A DNA stretch of 32,000 bases from Candidatus Nanopusillus acidilobi (GTDB lineage Archaea > Nanobdellota > Nanobdellia > Nanobdellales > Nanobdellaceae), in contig CP010514.1 in NCBI GenBank assembly GCA_001552015.1, positions 570,001-602,000 of the forward strand, read 5' to 3'. The notes beneath the pieces were generated by a model. That model did not search any database. It saw nothing but the letters and a program-made list of their open reading frames with translations, and was not told where the DNA came from. Numbering within the stretch: the first letter of the stretch is position 1; the number at the start of each line of letters is the position of its first letter. Below, piece by piece: positions 18,577 through 28,041 of this stretch. Made by a program: the position numbers and the translations under genes.

Positions 18577-21384
18577 TTAAGCAATTATACATTCCGACCA
18601 TCCACAATCCATACATACAACACAACCAGCTTCATGTTTTAATCTTGTAGATCCACATACAGGACATTTTTCAACTTTATTATTTCCATTTTCTTCAACT
18701 TTTAATGTATTATCTTCAGCTCTTAATGTATTATTGATGTTTGCATTTAATTTTACTTTTGGTACTTCAACATTAGTAGTTAATTCATAATACCAATTTG
18801 GTAACTTTATTCCATATTGCTTTAATATTTCAATCGTTCTATTATTTATTTTACCTTCTTTAATTAATCTAAAGTAATCCATAAATCTTGCTTTACTCGC
18901 CTCTGCAGGAGCTACATATACTTGTACAGATTTTGATCCATCTCTATATATTGTAATTCCTTTGCATCCCATCTTATATGCCAATAAATATGAATAATAT
19001 ACATCATCTGGTTGAACCCAATTTGGCATATTTATTGTCTTTGATATTGATGTAGTTATCCATATTTGAGCAACTGCCTGTGCTCTTATATGATCCCACC
19101 ATGGTATATCTAATGCTGTTAAGAATATTGCTTTCAAATCATCTGGTATTTCTTTTATTCCCAATAAACTTCCCCCATTATCGGATATTTTCTTTAATAT
19201 ATCATTATTATATAATCCTCTTTCCCTTAATTGTCTTTCCAATTCCTGATCTACATAATAATATACGCCAGCAGTTACTCTTTTTTCATATACTAAAGAA
19301 TATTGTGGTTCAATACCTGAAGATGTATCTGCTAACATGGATATAGAACCTGTTGGAGCAATTGATGTTACTTCAACATTTCTTATTCCATATTTTATTA
19401 TTTGTTCTTTCAAATATTCCCAATCTAATGTCCATAATTCTTTATGATAATATCCTTCTACAGGTAATTCTCCATCTTTATATGTTGTTTGATCATATCT
19501 ATCAAATTTACCCCTTGTTTTTGCTCTTTCAACAGATTCTAACATTGAATAATATGTTAAATATTCTGTTATTTTCATTAATAATTTATATCCTTCTTCA
19601 GATGTATATGGAATTCCCAATGCATAGAATAAATCTGCTAATCCCATAAATCCAAGACCAACTCTTCTTACCAATTTTGAAGCTTCTTCAATTTCCTTTA
19701 TTGGATATTTATTTACGTCTATTACATTATCTAAGAATCTATATGCCCATTTTATTGTTTCAATATATTTATTCCAATTAAATTCTGCTTTTCCATCTTT
19801 AAATTCAACCAAAGCATATAGATTAATTGATCCCAAATTACATGATTCATAAGGATATAGAGGCTGTTCTCCGCAAGGGTTACTGGCCCTAATTGGTCCT
19901 CTATATTTATATTGAACATTTCTTCTATTTATATTATCCATAAATAAACATCCTGGATCTCCTTTTTCCCATGCAACATATGAAGCTTCCTGTAATATTC
20001 TTTCGGGATTTACATATCCTGTAATTGTTTCTTTTGGTATTTTATTTATATCAAAATTTAGATCCCCTGGCAAAGGCAAATTATATTTCCTTAATAATCT
20101 TGGATTAATTAATGGATATTCTTTTTTATTTTCGAAATATTCCCAAAAAGATGGCTCGAACATTATAGATATATTGAAGTTTTCTAATACACCTTCTTTT
20201 TCCTTTAAATGAATAAATTTAAATATTTCTGGATGCCAGGATTCCAAAATTCCCATGTTTGCCCCTCTTCTCTTTCCTCCTTGTTTTACTACATCTGTAA
20301 CTGTATCTATAATTTTCATAAATGAAACTGGACCTGAAGCAACACCCCCAGTAGATGCAACAACATCACCTTCAGGTCTTAGTTTTGAATAATTTATTCC
20401 AATTCCACCTCCAGATTTAAATATTAAAGCTGCTTCTGTTGCAGATTTCATTATAGATTCCATACTATCATCAATATCTAATACAAAACATGCAGATAAT
20501 TGTCCTAAAACAGCACCAGCATTAAATAATGTAGGAGAATTTGGCATAAATCTTTTACTTGCCATTAGATCATAATATTGATAGAAATCTTCGTAATATT
20601 TGTCAAATTCGCCATTTTCTAGCATTTTTATAAATTCTGACCATGAAACCTTCATATGACCTCTTTCATTTAAATAATCATACAAATATTTCATTCTTTC
20701 TAAATGATATCTATTCCATCTAAATTTAGGATCTTTTATTGGTAATCCATATTTATTTTCGTTTTTTACAAAATCAAATTCTTCTTTTGTATGTACTTTT
20801 TGTTTTCCATCTTTATCATATATTCTTTCATCATATAATAAATCTGGTATTACAATTAATGCAGCAACCCTTTCAAACATTTGCTTTGGACCTTCTATTA
20901 GTTCCTTATATTCATTTCTTAATAAATATCTATTTACCATTAATCTAATTGAATTAACAGAAAATCTTTTTGCAACTTCTTCCTCATAGAATTTTCCCAA
21001 TAAATTTTTCTTTTCTTCTCTTATTTTTTCTTTTTCCTTTCTATAGGAAATATATGCCTTAGCAACATCATATAAATCAAATTTCAATAAGGATAATTCG
21101 ACAATATCTTGAATCTCTTCAACAGTTGGATATTTTATATCATCATATTTTTCTTCTAATACTTTTATTATATAGCCAACAACTTTTTCTAATTTTTCTT
21201 TATCATAAGCTCCAACAGCTTTCATTGCCCTTTCTATAGCATATTTTATTCTTTCTGGATCAAAGTCAACAATTCTTCCATCTCTTTTAATAACTTTTTT
21301 TATTTTATAATTATTTTGTCCCAAAACAACTTCTTTTTCTTTTTTTTCATGAGAATAGCTATTTATAAACTCTTCATCACCCAT
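18577..21384 (-). CDS. Adenosylcobalamin-dependent (class II) ribonucleoside-diphosphate reductase
   Basis: 935 aa: N-terminal ATP-cone (IKKVIKRDGRIVDFDPERIKYAIERA), FMPNSPTLFNAG, SNPCGEQPLYPYESCNLGSINL, APTGSISMLADTSSGIEPQYSLVYEKRV, and C-terminal zinc ribbon CPVCGSTRLKHEAGCVVCMDCGWSEC. Confidence 0.93.
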   Translation of the reverse strand: MGDEEFINSYSHEKKEKEVVLGQNNYKIKKVIKRDGRIVDFDPERIKYAIERAMKAVGAYDKEKLEKVVGYIIKVLEEKYDDIKYPTVEEIQDIVELSLLKFDLYDVAKAYISYRKEKEKIREEKKNLLGKFYEEEVAKRFSVNSIRLMVNRYLLRNEYKELIEGPKQMFERVAALIVIPDLLYDERIYDKDGKQKVHTKEEFDFVKNENKYGLPIKDPKFRWNRYHLERMKYLYDYLNERGHMKVSWSEFIKMLENGEFDKYYEDFYQYYDLMASKRFMPNSPTLFNAGAVLGQLSACFVLDIDDSMESIMKSATEAALIFKSGGGIGINYSKLRPEGDVVASTGGVASGPVSFMKIIDTVTDVVKQGGKRRGANMGILESWHPEIFKFIHLKEKEGVLENFNISIMFEPSFWEYFENKKEYPLINPRLLRKYNLPLPGDLNFDINKIPKETITGYVNPERILQEASYVAWEKGDPGCLFMDNINRRNVQYKYRGPIRASNPCGEQPLYPYESCNLGSINLYALVEFKDGKAEFNWNKYIETIKWAYRFLDNVIDVNKYPIKEIEEASKLVRRVGLGFMGLADLFYALGIPYTSEEGYKLLMKITEYLTYYSMLESVERAKTRGKFDRYDQTTYKDGELPVEGYYHKELWTLDWEYLKEQIIKYGIRNVEVTSIAPTGSISMLADTSSGIEPQYSLVYEKRVTAGVYYYVDQELERQLRERGLYNNDILKKISDNGGSLLGIKEIPDDLKAIFLTALDIPWWDHIRAQAVAQIWITTSISKTINMPNWVQPDDVYYSYLLAYKMGCKGITIYRDGSKSVQVYVAPAEASKARFMDYFRLIKEGKINNRTIEILKQYGIKLPNWYYELTTNVEVPKVKLNANINNTLRAEDNTLKVEENGNNKVEKCPVCGSTRLKHEAGCVVCMDCGWSECIIA

Positions 21385-21547
21385 TTAAATTTTTTATAAA
21401 AAATTTTAAAATCTTTTTCTATGAGATGTTTAAAAATATTGGTTATAAATATTTATTTCATCGATAATCAATAACATATCTTTATAAATATAATATCATT
21501 GTGTCCTTTCTTTTATTTTCTCTTCTTAATAATTAATTACTTATTTT

Positions 21548-22171
21548 TCACTTTATTTTTGCCTTTTTATCATATATTTCAATTAATTTTACTTCTCTTG
21601 CAACATTTAGAACTTTTGCTTTATTTATTATATCCTCTAAACCTCCGGCTTCATGTATATGTCCATGTATATTTAAAATAACTCTATCATTATTTTCAAT
21701 GAATTTTCTTAATTCATAACTACCAGAAATACCTAAAGATGACATAGAATCTTTTGGAGGAATATGGGTGAATAAAATAATATATTTATCATTGAATTTC
21801 TCTTTTAATTCATTTAAAAAGCTTTCAAATTCTTTTTCATCAATTATATTAAACAATACATCGGATCCTCCAAATCCGACTAATACAAAATTATCCTTTA
21901 TTATATATTTTTTATCTAAATTTCTTATTTTATATATTTTTTCTAATAATTTTATATCTTCAGATGTTTCATGGTTTCCTGGTATTATTAAAATTTTGTT
22001 TGGATCTATATATTCTGTTAACTTTTTTATTAGTCCTCTTTCTATTTCTCCTAATTCTGCTATATCTCCCAAAATTACTATATAATCTGGTCTTTCCTTT
22101 TTATATAATTCTATTATTTTATATACCATTTCGAAATCATTATGTATATCAGATGAAACTATTAGCTTCAT
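21548..22171 (-). CDS. Metallophosphoesterase (calcineurin-like)
   Basis: 207 aa: KLIVSSDIHNDFE, YIVILGDIAELG, IIPGNHET, LFTHIPP, NIHGHIHEAGG. Confidence 0.92.
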   Translation of the reverse strand: MKLIVSSDIHNDFEMVYKIIELYKKERPDYIVILGDIAELGEIERGLIKKLTEYIDPNKILIIPGNHETSEDIKLLEKIYKIRNLDKKYIIKDNFVLVGFGGSDVLFNIIDEKEFESFLNELKEKFNDKYIILFTHIPPKDSMSSLGISGSYELRKFIENNDRVILNIHGHIHEAGGLEDIINKAKVLNVAREVKLIEIYDKKAKIK

Positions 22172-22178
22172 AATATAT

Positions 22179-23138
22179 TTATATATACCATTCTTTTTTA
22201 TTTTTTATATAGGATATCAAAAATTCTTTTAATTTATTATAATCATAAAAAATATTCATATTATTATAATTATAATTTTTAATAAATTCATTAAGTATTT
22301 TTTCTTCTCTTTCTGTAAAAAGATCTTTTTTAGAGAAATATAATATTATTTCTTTATTAAATATCTTTTTTATCATATTTAATAGATTTACCTGTTCTTC
22401 AATACTATATCCACATGTTTCAGTCAAATCAAAAATATATATAATCAAATTTGCAAGATAATTTAATGCCAATATTGATTTTTTCTCTATTTCATTCATT
22501 TCTTCTATTGGTCTATCTAAAATTCCTGGTGTATCAATTACCTGTATATCAAAATATGGTGTTTTAATATATCCTATCATTAAATCTTTTGTTGTAAATG
22601 GATATGGCTCAATTTTAACATTTGATCCTGTCAAATTTTTTAATAATGTACTTTTTCCAACATTTGGTAAACCTGAAATAACAACTGTAGGCAAATTTTT
22701 AATATTCGGAATTTTTCTTCTTCTATTTAAATAAATATTATAATATTTAAATATTATCCAATTTCTTCTTAATATACTAGATATTCTTCCATAAAATTCC
22801 CTTCTATATTTTTCTATTAATTTTTTATCTTTTGTTAACTTTATATCATCTTTATACTTTAAATAAACTTGTTTTATTATTTTTCTTATATATTTTATCC
22901 TTTCTCTTAATTTCTTTATATTTATATCTGCAAATAACAATTTATATAATTCTTTATAGAATTTGTTTTCAGGTAAAAATATATCATTATATATTTTTTC
23001 TAATTTATCATCAATATATTGATATATTGTTTGTAATTTTACAATATTTCTTTCTTTTATATCATAAAATTGATTACCATTATTCTTTGCTCTTTTAAAT
23101 GCAGATGATAATAATTCTTCTACAAATTTATATTTCAT
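22179..23138 (-). CDS. Nog1-like GTPase
   Basis: 319 aa: VVISGLPNVGKSTLLKNLTGSNVKIEPYPFTTKDLMIGYI, DIQVIDTPGILDRPIEEMNEIEKKSILALNYL. Confidence 0.9.
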   Translation of the reverse strand: MKYKFVEELLSSAFKRAKNNGNQFYDIKERNIVKLQTIYQYIDDKLEKIYNDIFLPENKFYKELYKLLFADINIKKLRERIKYIRKIIKQVYLKYKDDIKLTKDKKLIEKYRREFYGRISSILRRNWIIFKYYNIYLNRRRKIPNIKNLPTVVISGLPNVGKSTLLKNLTGSNVKIEPYPFTTKDLMIGYIKTPYFDIQVIDTPGILDRPIEEMNEIEKKSILALNYLANLIIYIFDLTETCGYSIEEQVNLLNMIKKIFNKEIILYFSKKDLFTEREEKILNEFIKNYNYNNMNIFYDYNKLKEFLISYIKNKKEWYI

Positions 23139-23167
23139 AAAAATTTATATTATAAAAAATTAAAAAA

Positions 23168-23611
23168 CTATTCTAAATTAATTTTCTTTCCTTCATGGCC
23201 TGGTTTTTTCCCTATTTCAATCCTTAATACTCCATTTTCATATTTTGCCTTTATAGAATTCTCATCTGCATCTTCTGGTAATGGAATTATCCTTCTATAT
23301 CCTGAAAATACTCTTTCCGACATTATATAGTTCTCATCTTTTTCTTCCTTTTCAATTTTTCTTGATGCTACAATTTTTAGATGATGATCTACTAAGGTAA
23401 CATCTATATCCTTCTTATCAACTCCAGGTAAATCAATTTCTACTAAATATTTATCTCCTTTATCTACTACATCTACTGCAGGTACTTCATATTCAAAGTT
23501 AAATCTTAATCCCTTTCTTGCTCTATTGAATATTTTTCTCCATAATCTCATCTGTCTAGCAAATTCTCTCCTAATTTCGTCATATATGTCATTAAAGTCA
23601 TCTGTGTCCAT
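23168..23611 (-). CDS. Hsp20/alpha-crystallin small heat-shock protein
   Basis: 147 aa: VPAVDVVDKGDKYLVEIDLPGVDKKDIDVTLVDHHLKIVASRK...SGYRRIIPLPEDADENSIKAKYENGVLRIEI. Confidence 0.95.
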   Translation of the reverse strand: MDTDDFNDIYDEIRREFARQMRLWRKIFNRARKGLRFNFEYEVPAVDVVDKGDKYLVEIDLPGVDKKDIDVTLVDHHLKIVASRKIEKEEKDENYIMSERVFSGYRRIIPLPEDADENSIKAKYENGVLRIEIGKKPGHEGKKINLE

Positions 23612-23615
23612 AATA

Positions 23616-24497
23616 TTATTTTTTCTTTAATGGTTTATAAGATAATAAAGACGCATAATCAACAACATTCTTTTCATCATTATTTATTTCAGATGATAAA
23701 ATATGATTTATTAGATCTATCTTTCCTTTATATAATTTTGTATATTCTATAAAGAATAAAAATGGATATTTTCCGCAAAATATTTTACTATCTACTTCCA
23801 ATTTATATAATTTTTCAGAATCTAAATTTAATGTATATTTTATTATTTTTTCAGATTCTTTTTTTACATTTTTAGATATATTCTCTTTATATATAATATT
23901 TCCATAAAATTCTCCATGATGATATAAATTTCCAGTGGATATTAATATTATTTTTCTATCTAATTCTTTTGATAATTCTTTTAATAATTTAACAAAATCT
24001 TTTATCATTTCTAATTCAATATCTTTTACAATTATTGGAACAATCTTTACTTTATCTTTAAATAAATATCTTAATATGGGTAATTGAACTTCAATTGAAT
24101 ATTCATATCTAGATAATATTGGATTTTCATATGAATCATAATTATTTAATATTTTTCTAGCAAATTCTACATCTGTTCTAATTATACCAAAAGGAGTATA
24201 CCAATCGTCAATTATCAAATTTATTTTTTGACCAATATTATAATGATTTGGACCAATAATTATTATTGTATCAAAATCAAAATTCTCATATAATTCTTTA
24301 TATAATTTTATAGAAACTGGTAAAAAGTATTCATAACTTGCATGTGGAACAATACCAGAAATTATATTTTTTTCCTTTTTTATATTTTTTGGAATATACC
24401 CAGGTCCATATCTTTTATCCATAAAGTATTGTTCGATTTGAGAAAGTAAATCAGAAGAATCAAATGAATAAAATCCCTTTGCTTTCATAAATTGCAT
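23616..24497 (-). CDS. MEMO1 family protein
   Basis: 293 aa: GIVPHASYEYFLPVSIKLYKEL, DTIIIIGPNHYNIG, WYTPFGIIRTDVEFA, EYSIEVQLPILRYLF, ILISTGNLYHHG. Confidence 0.88.
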   Translation of the reverse strand: MQFMKAKGFYSFDSSDLLSQIEQYFMDKRYGPGYIPKNIKKEKNIISGIVPHASYEYFLPVSIKLYKELYENFDFDTIIIIGPNHYNIGQKINLIIDDWYTPFGIIRTDVEFARKILNNYDSYENPILSRYEYSIEVQLPILRYLFKDKVKIVPIIVKDIELEMIKDFVKLLKELSKELDRKIILISTGNLYHHGEFYGNIIYKENISKNVKKESEKIIKYTLNLDSEKLYKLEVDSKIFCGKYPFLFFIEYTKLYKGKIDLINHILSSEINNDEKNVVDYASLLSYKPLKKK

Positions 24498-24548
24498 AAT
24501 TTTATTTTGAAATTATAATTTATTAATTTTTTTAGCATTTTTATTGTT

Positions 24549-25364
24549 ATGATTGCTGGATTAGAGATACATCAACAAATTGATACAAAAGAAAAACTAT
24601 TTTGTAATTGTCCTACGAACTTAAGTGATAAATATGATTATAGAATTGAAAGAAAATTGAGAGCAACATTGAGTGAAATTGGGAAAAAGGATATTGCTGC
24701 AGAATATGAGACTATGAAGGATAAAAAATATATATATGAATATTCTAAAGATTATTCTTGTTTAGTTGAACTTGATGAAGAACCTCCACATTTAATTAAT
24801 ATTGAAGCACTAAAATTTGGAATATTAATTTCAACTTTTTTTAATATGTATATTCCAAAGGTTTTACAGGTTATGAGAAAAATTGTTGTAGATGGATCAA
24901 ATACATCTGGTTTTCAAAGAACATTATTATTATCATTAAATGGAGAATTAAAATATAAAGATAAAAAAATAAGTATTGGAACAATTTGTATTGAAGAAGA
25001 TGCTGCAAGAAAAAATGAAGAAGGAGAAGATTACATAATTTATAGATTGGATAGATTGGGAATACCATTAATAGAAATATCTACAGGTCCTGATTTAAAA
25101 GATCCAAAAGAAGTAAAGGAAGTAGCTGAATATATTGGATTAATATTAAGATTAACTGAAAAAGTAAAAAGAGGATTGGGAACTATTAGACAGGATGTAA
25201 ATATATCAATAGAAGGAGGAGAAAAAATTGAAATAAAGGGCGTACAGAATTTAAAAATAATAGATAAAGTTTGCGAACTTGAAGTAAAAAGACAAGAAAG
25301 AATGATAGAATGGAAAAAAATTATGAATGAAAGAGGTATTGAAGGATACGAATTAATAGAATAG
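24549..25364 (+). CDS. gatE: Glu-tRNA(Gln) amidotransferase subunit E, N-terminal portion only
   Basis: 271 aa: AGLEIHQQIDTKEKLFCNCPTNLS, VLQVMRKIVVDGSNTSGFQRTLLL, IEEDAARK, YRLDRLGIPLIEISTGPDL, LRLTEKVKRGLGTIRQDVNISI. The stop follows soon after; the C-terminal helical/GAD and tail regions of full-length GatE are absent here. Confidence 0.85.
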   Translation: MIAGLEIHQQIDTKEKLFCNCPTNLSDKYDYRIERKLRATLSEIGKKDIAAEYETMKDKKYIYEYSKDYSCLVELDEEPPHLINIEALKFGILISTFFNMYIPKVLQVMRKIVVDGSNTSGFQRTLLLSLNGELKYKDKKISIGTICIEEDAARKNEEGEDYIIYRLDRLGIPLIEISTGPDLKDPKEVKEVAEYIGLILRLTEKVKRGLGTIRQDVNISIEGGEKIEIKGVQNLKIIDKVCELEVKRQERMIEWKKIMNERGIEGYELIE

Positions 25365-25395
25365 ATTTATATTTTTTAATAGATCATAATTCTTA

Positions 25396-25877
25396 ATGAA
25401 AACTCAATTTGGAACAATTCTTGTAGAAATTATATTATTTATAGTTGCTGGTATTGCTGCTTATATATTTGTTTCTACTGCATATAATAATTTAAATGGA
25501 ATAAGCAATGCTGCAGTTGCAAATTCTAAATCATTACAAAATCAATTAAATACATATATTACATTAGATTCATGTGCATATAATAGTACTACAAATTTAT
25601 TATATTTCTATGTAACAAATAGAGGAAGTGTTTGTATTAAATCAAAATCTAACATTATTATTTATTAATGGAGAACTAATAAATAATACTCAAAATATAT
25701 ATTGCAAATAGTTATACTGGTACTTCTGCTTGGGGTCCATATGATACAATTGCAATTGTTACAAATATTTCTATAGTAACAAACTTTTATCAAGTAAGAA
25801 TTGTAGCATCTACTGGGGCATATACAGAGAATACAATATATATTAATACAACTGCAAGTACATGTACAATAGAATGA
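25396..25877 (+). pseudogene. Type IV pilin/archaellin-like protein interrupted by two +1 frame changes
   Basis: Frame 1: MKTQFGTILVEIILFIVAGIAAYIFVS...YFYVTNRGSVCIKS; frame 2 from ~25646: NLTLLFINGELINNTQN; frame 3 from ~25695: IYIANSYTGTSAWGPYDTIAIVTNISIVTNFYQVRIVASTGAYTENTIYINTTASTCTIE-stop at 25877. Confidence 0.75.
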
Positions 25878-26321
25878 GATCTGATTTAGGATCAATTATT
25901 GGAGCAATTATTGGATTCGTTATTTTTATTGTTTCTTCATCAGTTTTATATTTAATTTTAAATAATTATTATAAAAAACTTTTATTATACGGCAAATTCA
26001 ATAGATAATCAAATAAAAAATATTGTTGGAGAAAGTATAAAATTTTTAAATAATCAAACAAACTATTCAAATCCTTATTTAATTATATATAATAATGGAA
26101 ATAAGGCATTGGATTTATCATGTTTTCAATTATATGTTAATGGATATTTCTCTCCATTTAATTATTCTATAAATTATTTATATTCATCAAATTTATTATT
26201 GCCTGGAGAAAATGCAACAATATATTTTAATAATAATTATTTAGTAAATAATTCATGGAATTATATAATATTGGTATCTTGTTATGGGGTTAAGTTTCAA
26301 ACTTTAATATATGCTAATTAA
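25874..26321 (+). pseudogene. Pilin-like / FlaF-FlaG-like protein interrupted by one +1 frame change
   Basis: Starts MRSDLGSIIGAIIGFVIFIVSSSVLYLI, stop TAA at 25964-25966. The +1 frame is then open to 26321: NNYYKNFYYTANSIDNQIKNIVGESIKFL...KALDLSCFQLYVNGYF...VSCYGVKFQTLIYAN. The ATG overlaps the upstream gene's TGA. Confidence 0.7.
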
Positions 26322-26331
26322 TTAATATAAT

Positions 26332-27942
26332 ATGAGATTACAATCTGAAATGATTATAGCATTAATATTGTTAATAGTAGGAGCTCTTGCTACTGTAATA
26401 ATATACAATATAATATCTCCAAATTTAAATATAATAAATCCTTCTGGACAGGAAATTTCAAGATCTTTAGAATTAAATTTCCAATTATTAGATTATTTTA
26501 TAGTAAATAATACATTATATGCATATGTAAAACCCTCAGAACCAGTTAATTATTCTCAAGTATTTGCAATTTTAAATGATAGATTAGTTAATGTTTATCC
26601 TTATAATTCAAATGGATCAATTGTAAATCCATATAATAATGGTTTATTAATTGTTGTTGCAAATTTATCTCAAATTCCTCCAGATCAAAATGGAAATTAT
26701 AAATTAGAAGTTGGATTAGAAAATGATATAATTGGAGTATTTGATATAAAATATATTTCTAATTCATTAATTAATTATTTTCAACCTCCAATTGTTTTTA
26801 ATATATCGGTCATATCAACCTCCCTTACATGTCAATTACCATATTTACCTTTAATATTATACAATAGTCAATCTATTCCAACTCCTTCTCCTTTTCAACA
26901 GGATATTGCAATATGTAATGGAACAATTAATATTGGTAATAGTTTTGCATATGTAAATAATGCAACATTATTTAATGAAATAAATAGAAATGGATCTAAT
27001 GTATACTTTACAACAACCTGTAATAGTACCCCAAATATATATTCATGGTATGAAGGTCAATTAATTAATGGAAGTACATATTGTGATGTTTGGTGGATAA
27101 ATTTATCTAATGGAATTCCTGCTAATTCAAATATTACAATATATATGTATATAGGAAATAGTAGTGATAATTATTATTCCCAATATTATCCATATGTTGG
27201 TACTTCTCCTCAAGTAATTTCAGGATATGATAATGGTCAAGATGTATTTATAGCATATGGATATTTTAACAATACATTTGATGGATGGAGTAGATATGTT
27301 TATTCAGGATCATTTTCTCCAACAGCAACTTCAAATGGTATTGAAATGATAAATAATAATGGTGGTGAAGGTACATATATTTTACCTCCAAATAATGAAA
27401 ATATTCCAGAAATACCTTTAATTGTTGAAGAAGCCTGGTATCATACTCAAAGTGCAGATGCAAATACTATATCCTTATTTGGAAATACAAATAGTCAGGT
27501 AGATGTAACTAATATAGGAGGTACAGACGGTGGTTCCACACCAGCATCTAGTTCATCTACATTTGTACAATTTGAATATTATGGTGGACAACCATATGTT
27601 ATGTTAAAATCTGCAGTAACAGATCAATATTTAAGTTATACATCTTTCCCAACATCTGGTGGAACTGTTTATTCATATTTAATAGTTAATTCTACATATG
27701 CACAAACAGGATATTATATTTATAATTCTAATCAAGTATGGGCTCCTTTAACATTATTAGATACATATAATATAAATTATAATGGATATACATATTATAA
27801 TTTAAATTATAATCCTTTCCAATATGGTACATTAGAAATTGGTGCAGGAACTGGTGGAGCTGCTTCATACCAATATGAAGAATGGGTTGTTGCTAGAGCA
27901 TATCCTCCAAATGGTGTAATGCCTTCAATTTATATTGGTTAA
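26332..27942 (+). CDS. Large pilin-like secreted surface protein with DUF2341/lectin-like C-terminal region
   Basis: 536 aa: N-terminal MRLQSEMIIALILLIVGALATVIIYNI (class III signal-like), Tyr/Asn/Ser/Gly-rich ectodomain, DUF2341-like WWINLSNGIPANSNITIYMYIGNSS and terminal VVARAYPPNGVMPSIYIG. Confidence 0.8.
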   Translation: MRLQSEMIIALILLIVGALATVIIYNIISPNLNIINPSGQEISRSLELNFQLLDYFIVNNTLYAYVKPSEPVNYSQVFAILNDRLVNVYPYNSNGSIVNPYNNGLLIVVANLSQIPPDQNGNYKLEVGLENDIIGVFDIKYISNSLINYFQPPIVFNISVISTSLTCQLPYLPLILYNSQSIPTPSPFQQDIAICNGTINIGNSFAYVNNATLFNEINRNGSNVYFTTTCNSTPNIYSWYEGQLINGSTYCDVWWINLSNGIPANSNITIYMYIGNSSDNYYSQYYPYVGTSPQVISGYDNGQDVFIAYGYFNNTFDGWSRYVYSGSFSPTATSNGIEMINNNGGEGTYILPPNNENIPEIPLIVEEAWYHTQSADANTISLFGNTNSQVDVTNIGGTDGGSTPASSSSTFVQFEYYGGQPYVMLKSAVTDQYLSYTSFPTSGGTVYSYLIVNSTYAQTGYYIYNSNQVWAPLTLLDTYNINYNGYTYYNLNYNPFQYGTLEIGAGTGGAASYQYEEWVVARAYPPNGVMPSIYIG

Positions 27943-27968
27943 AAATATAAATGATAAATAATTTTTAT

Positions 27969-28041
27969 GGTCCGGGTAGCCTAGTGGTAAGGCGTCGGGC
28001 TGTGGACCCGAAGATCGCGGGTTCGAATCCCGCCCCGGACC
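27969..28041 (+). tRNA. tRNA-His (GTG), with G-1 apparently genome-encoded
   Basis: G-1 + GTCCGGGTAGCCTAGTGGTAAGGCGTCGGGCTGTGGACCCGAAGATCGCGGGTTCGAATCCCGCCCCGGAC + C73; anticodon loop CTGTGGA. TATA-like AAATATAAA ~24 nt upstream. Confidence 0.94.

Noticed and set aside
25665-25895. Minus-strand 76-aa Cys-rich ORF
   Set aside because: It is antisense to the clearly coding (frameshifted) pilin-like sequence; the Cys/Tyr richness is a shadow of ATA/ACA/GCA codons.
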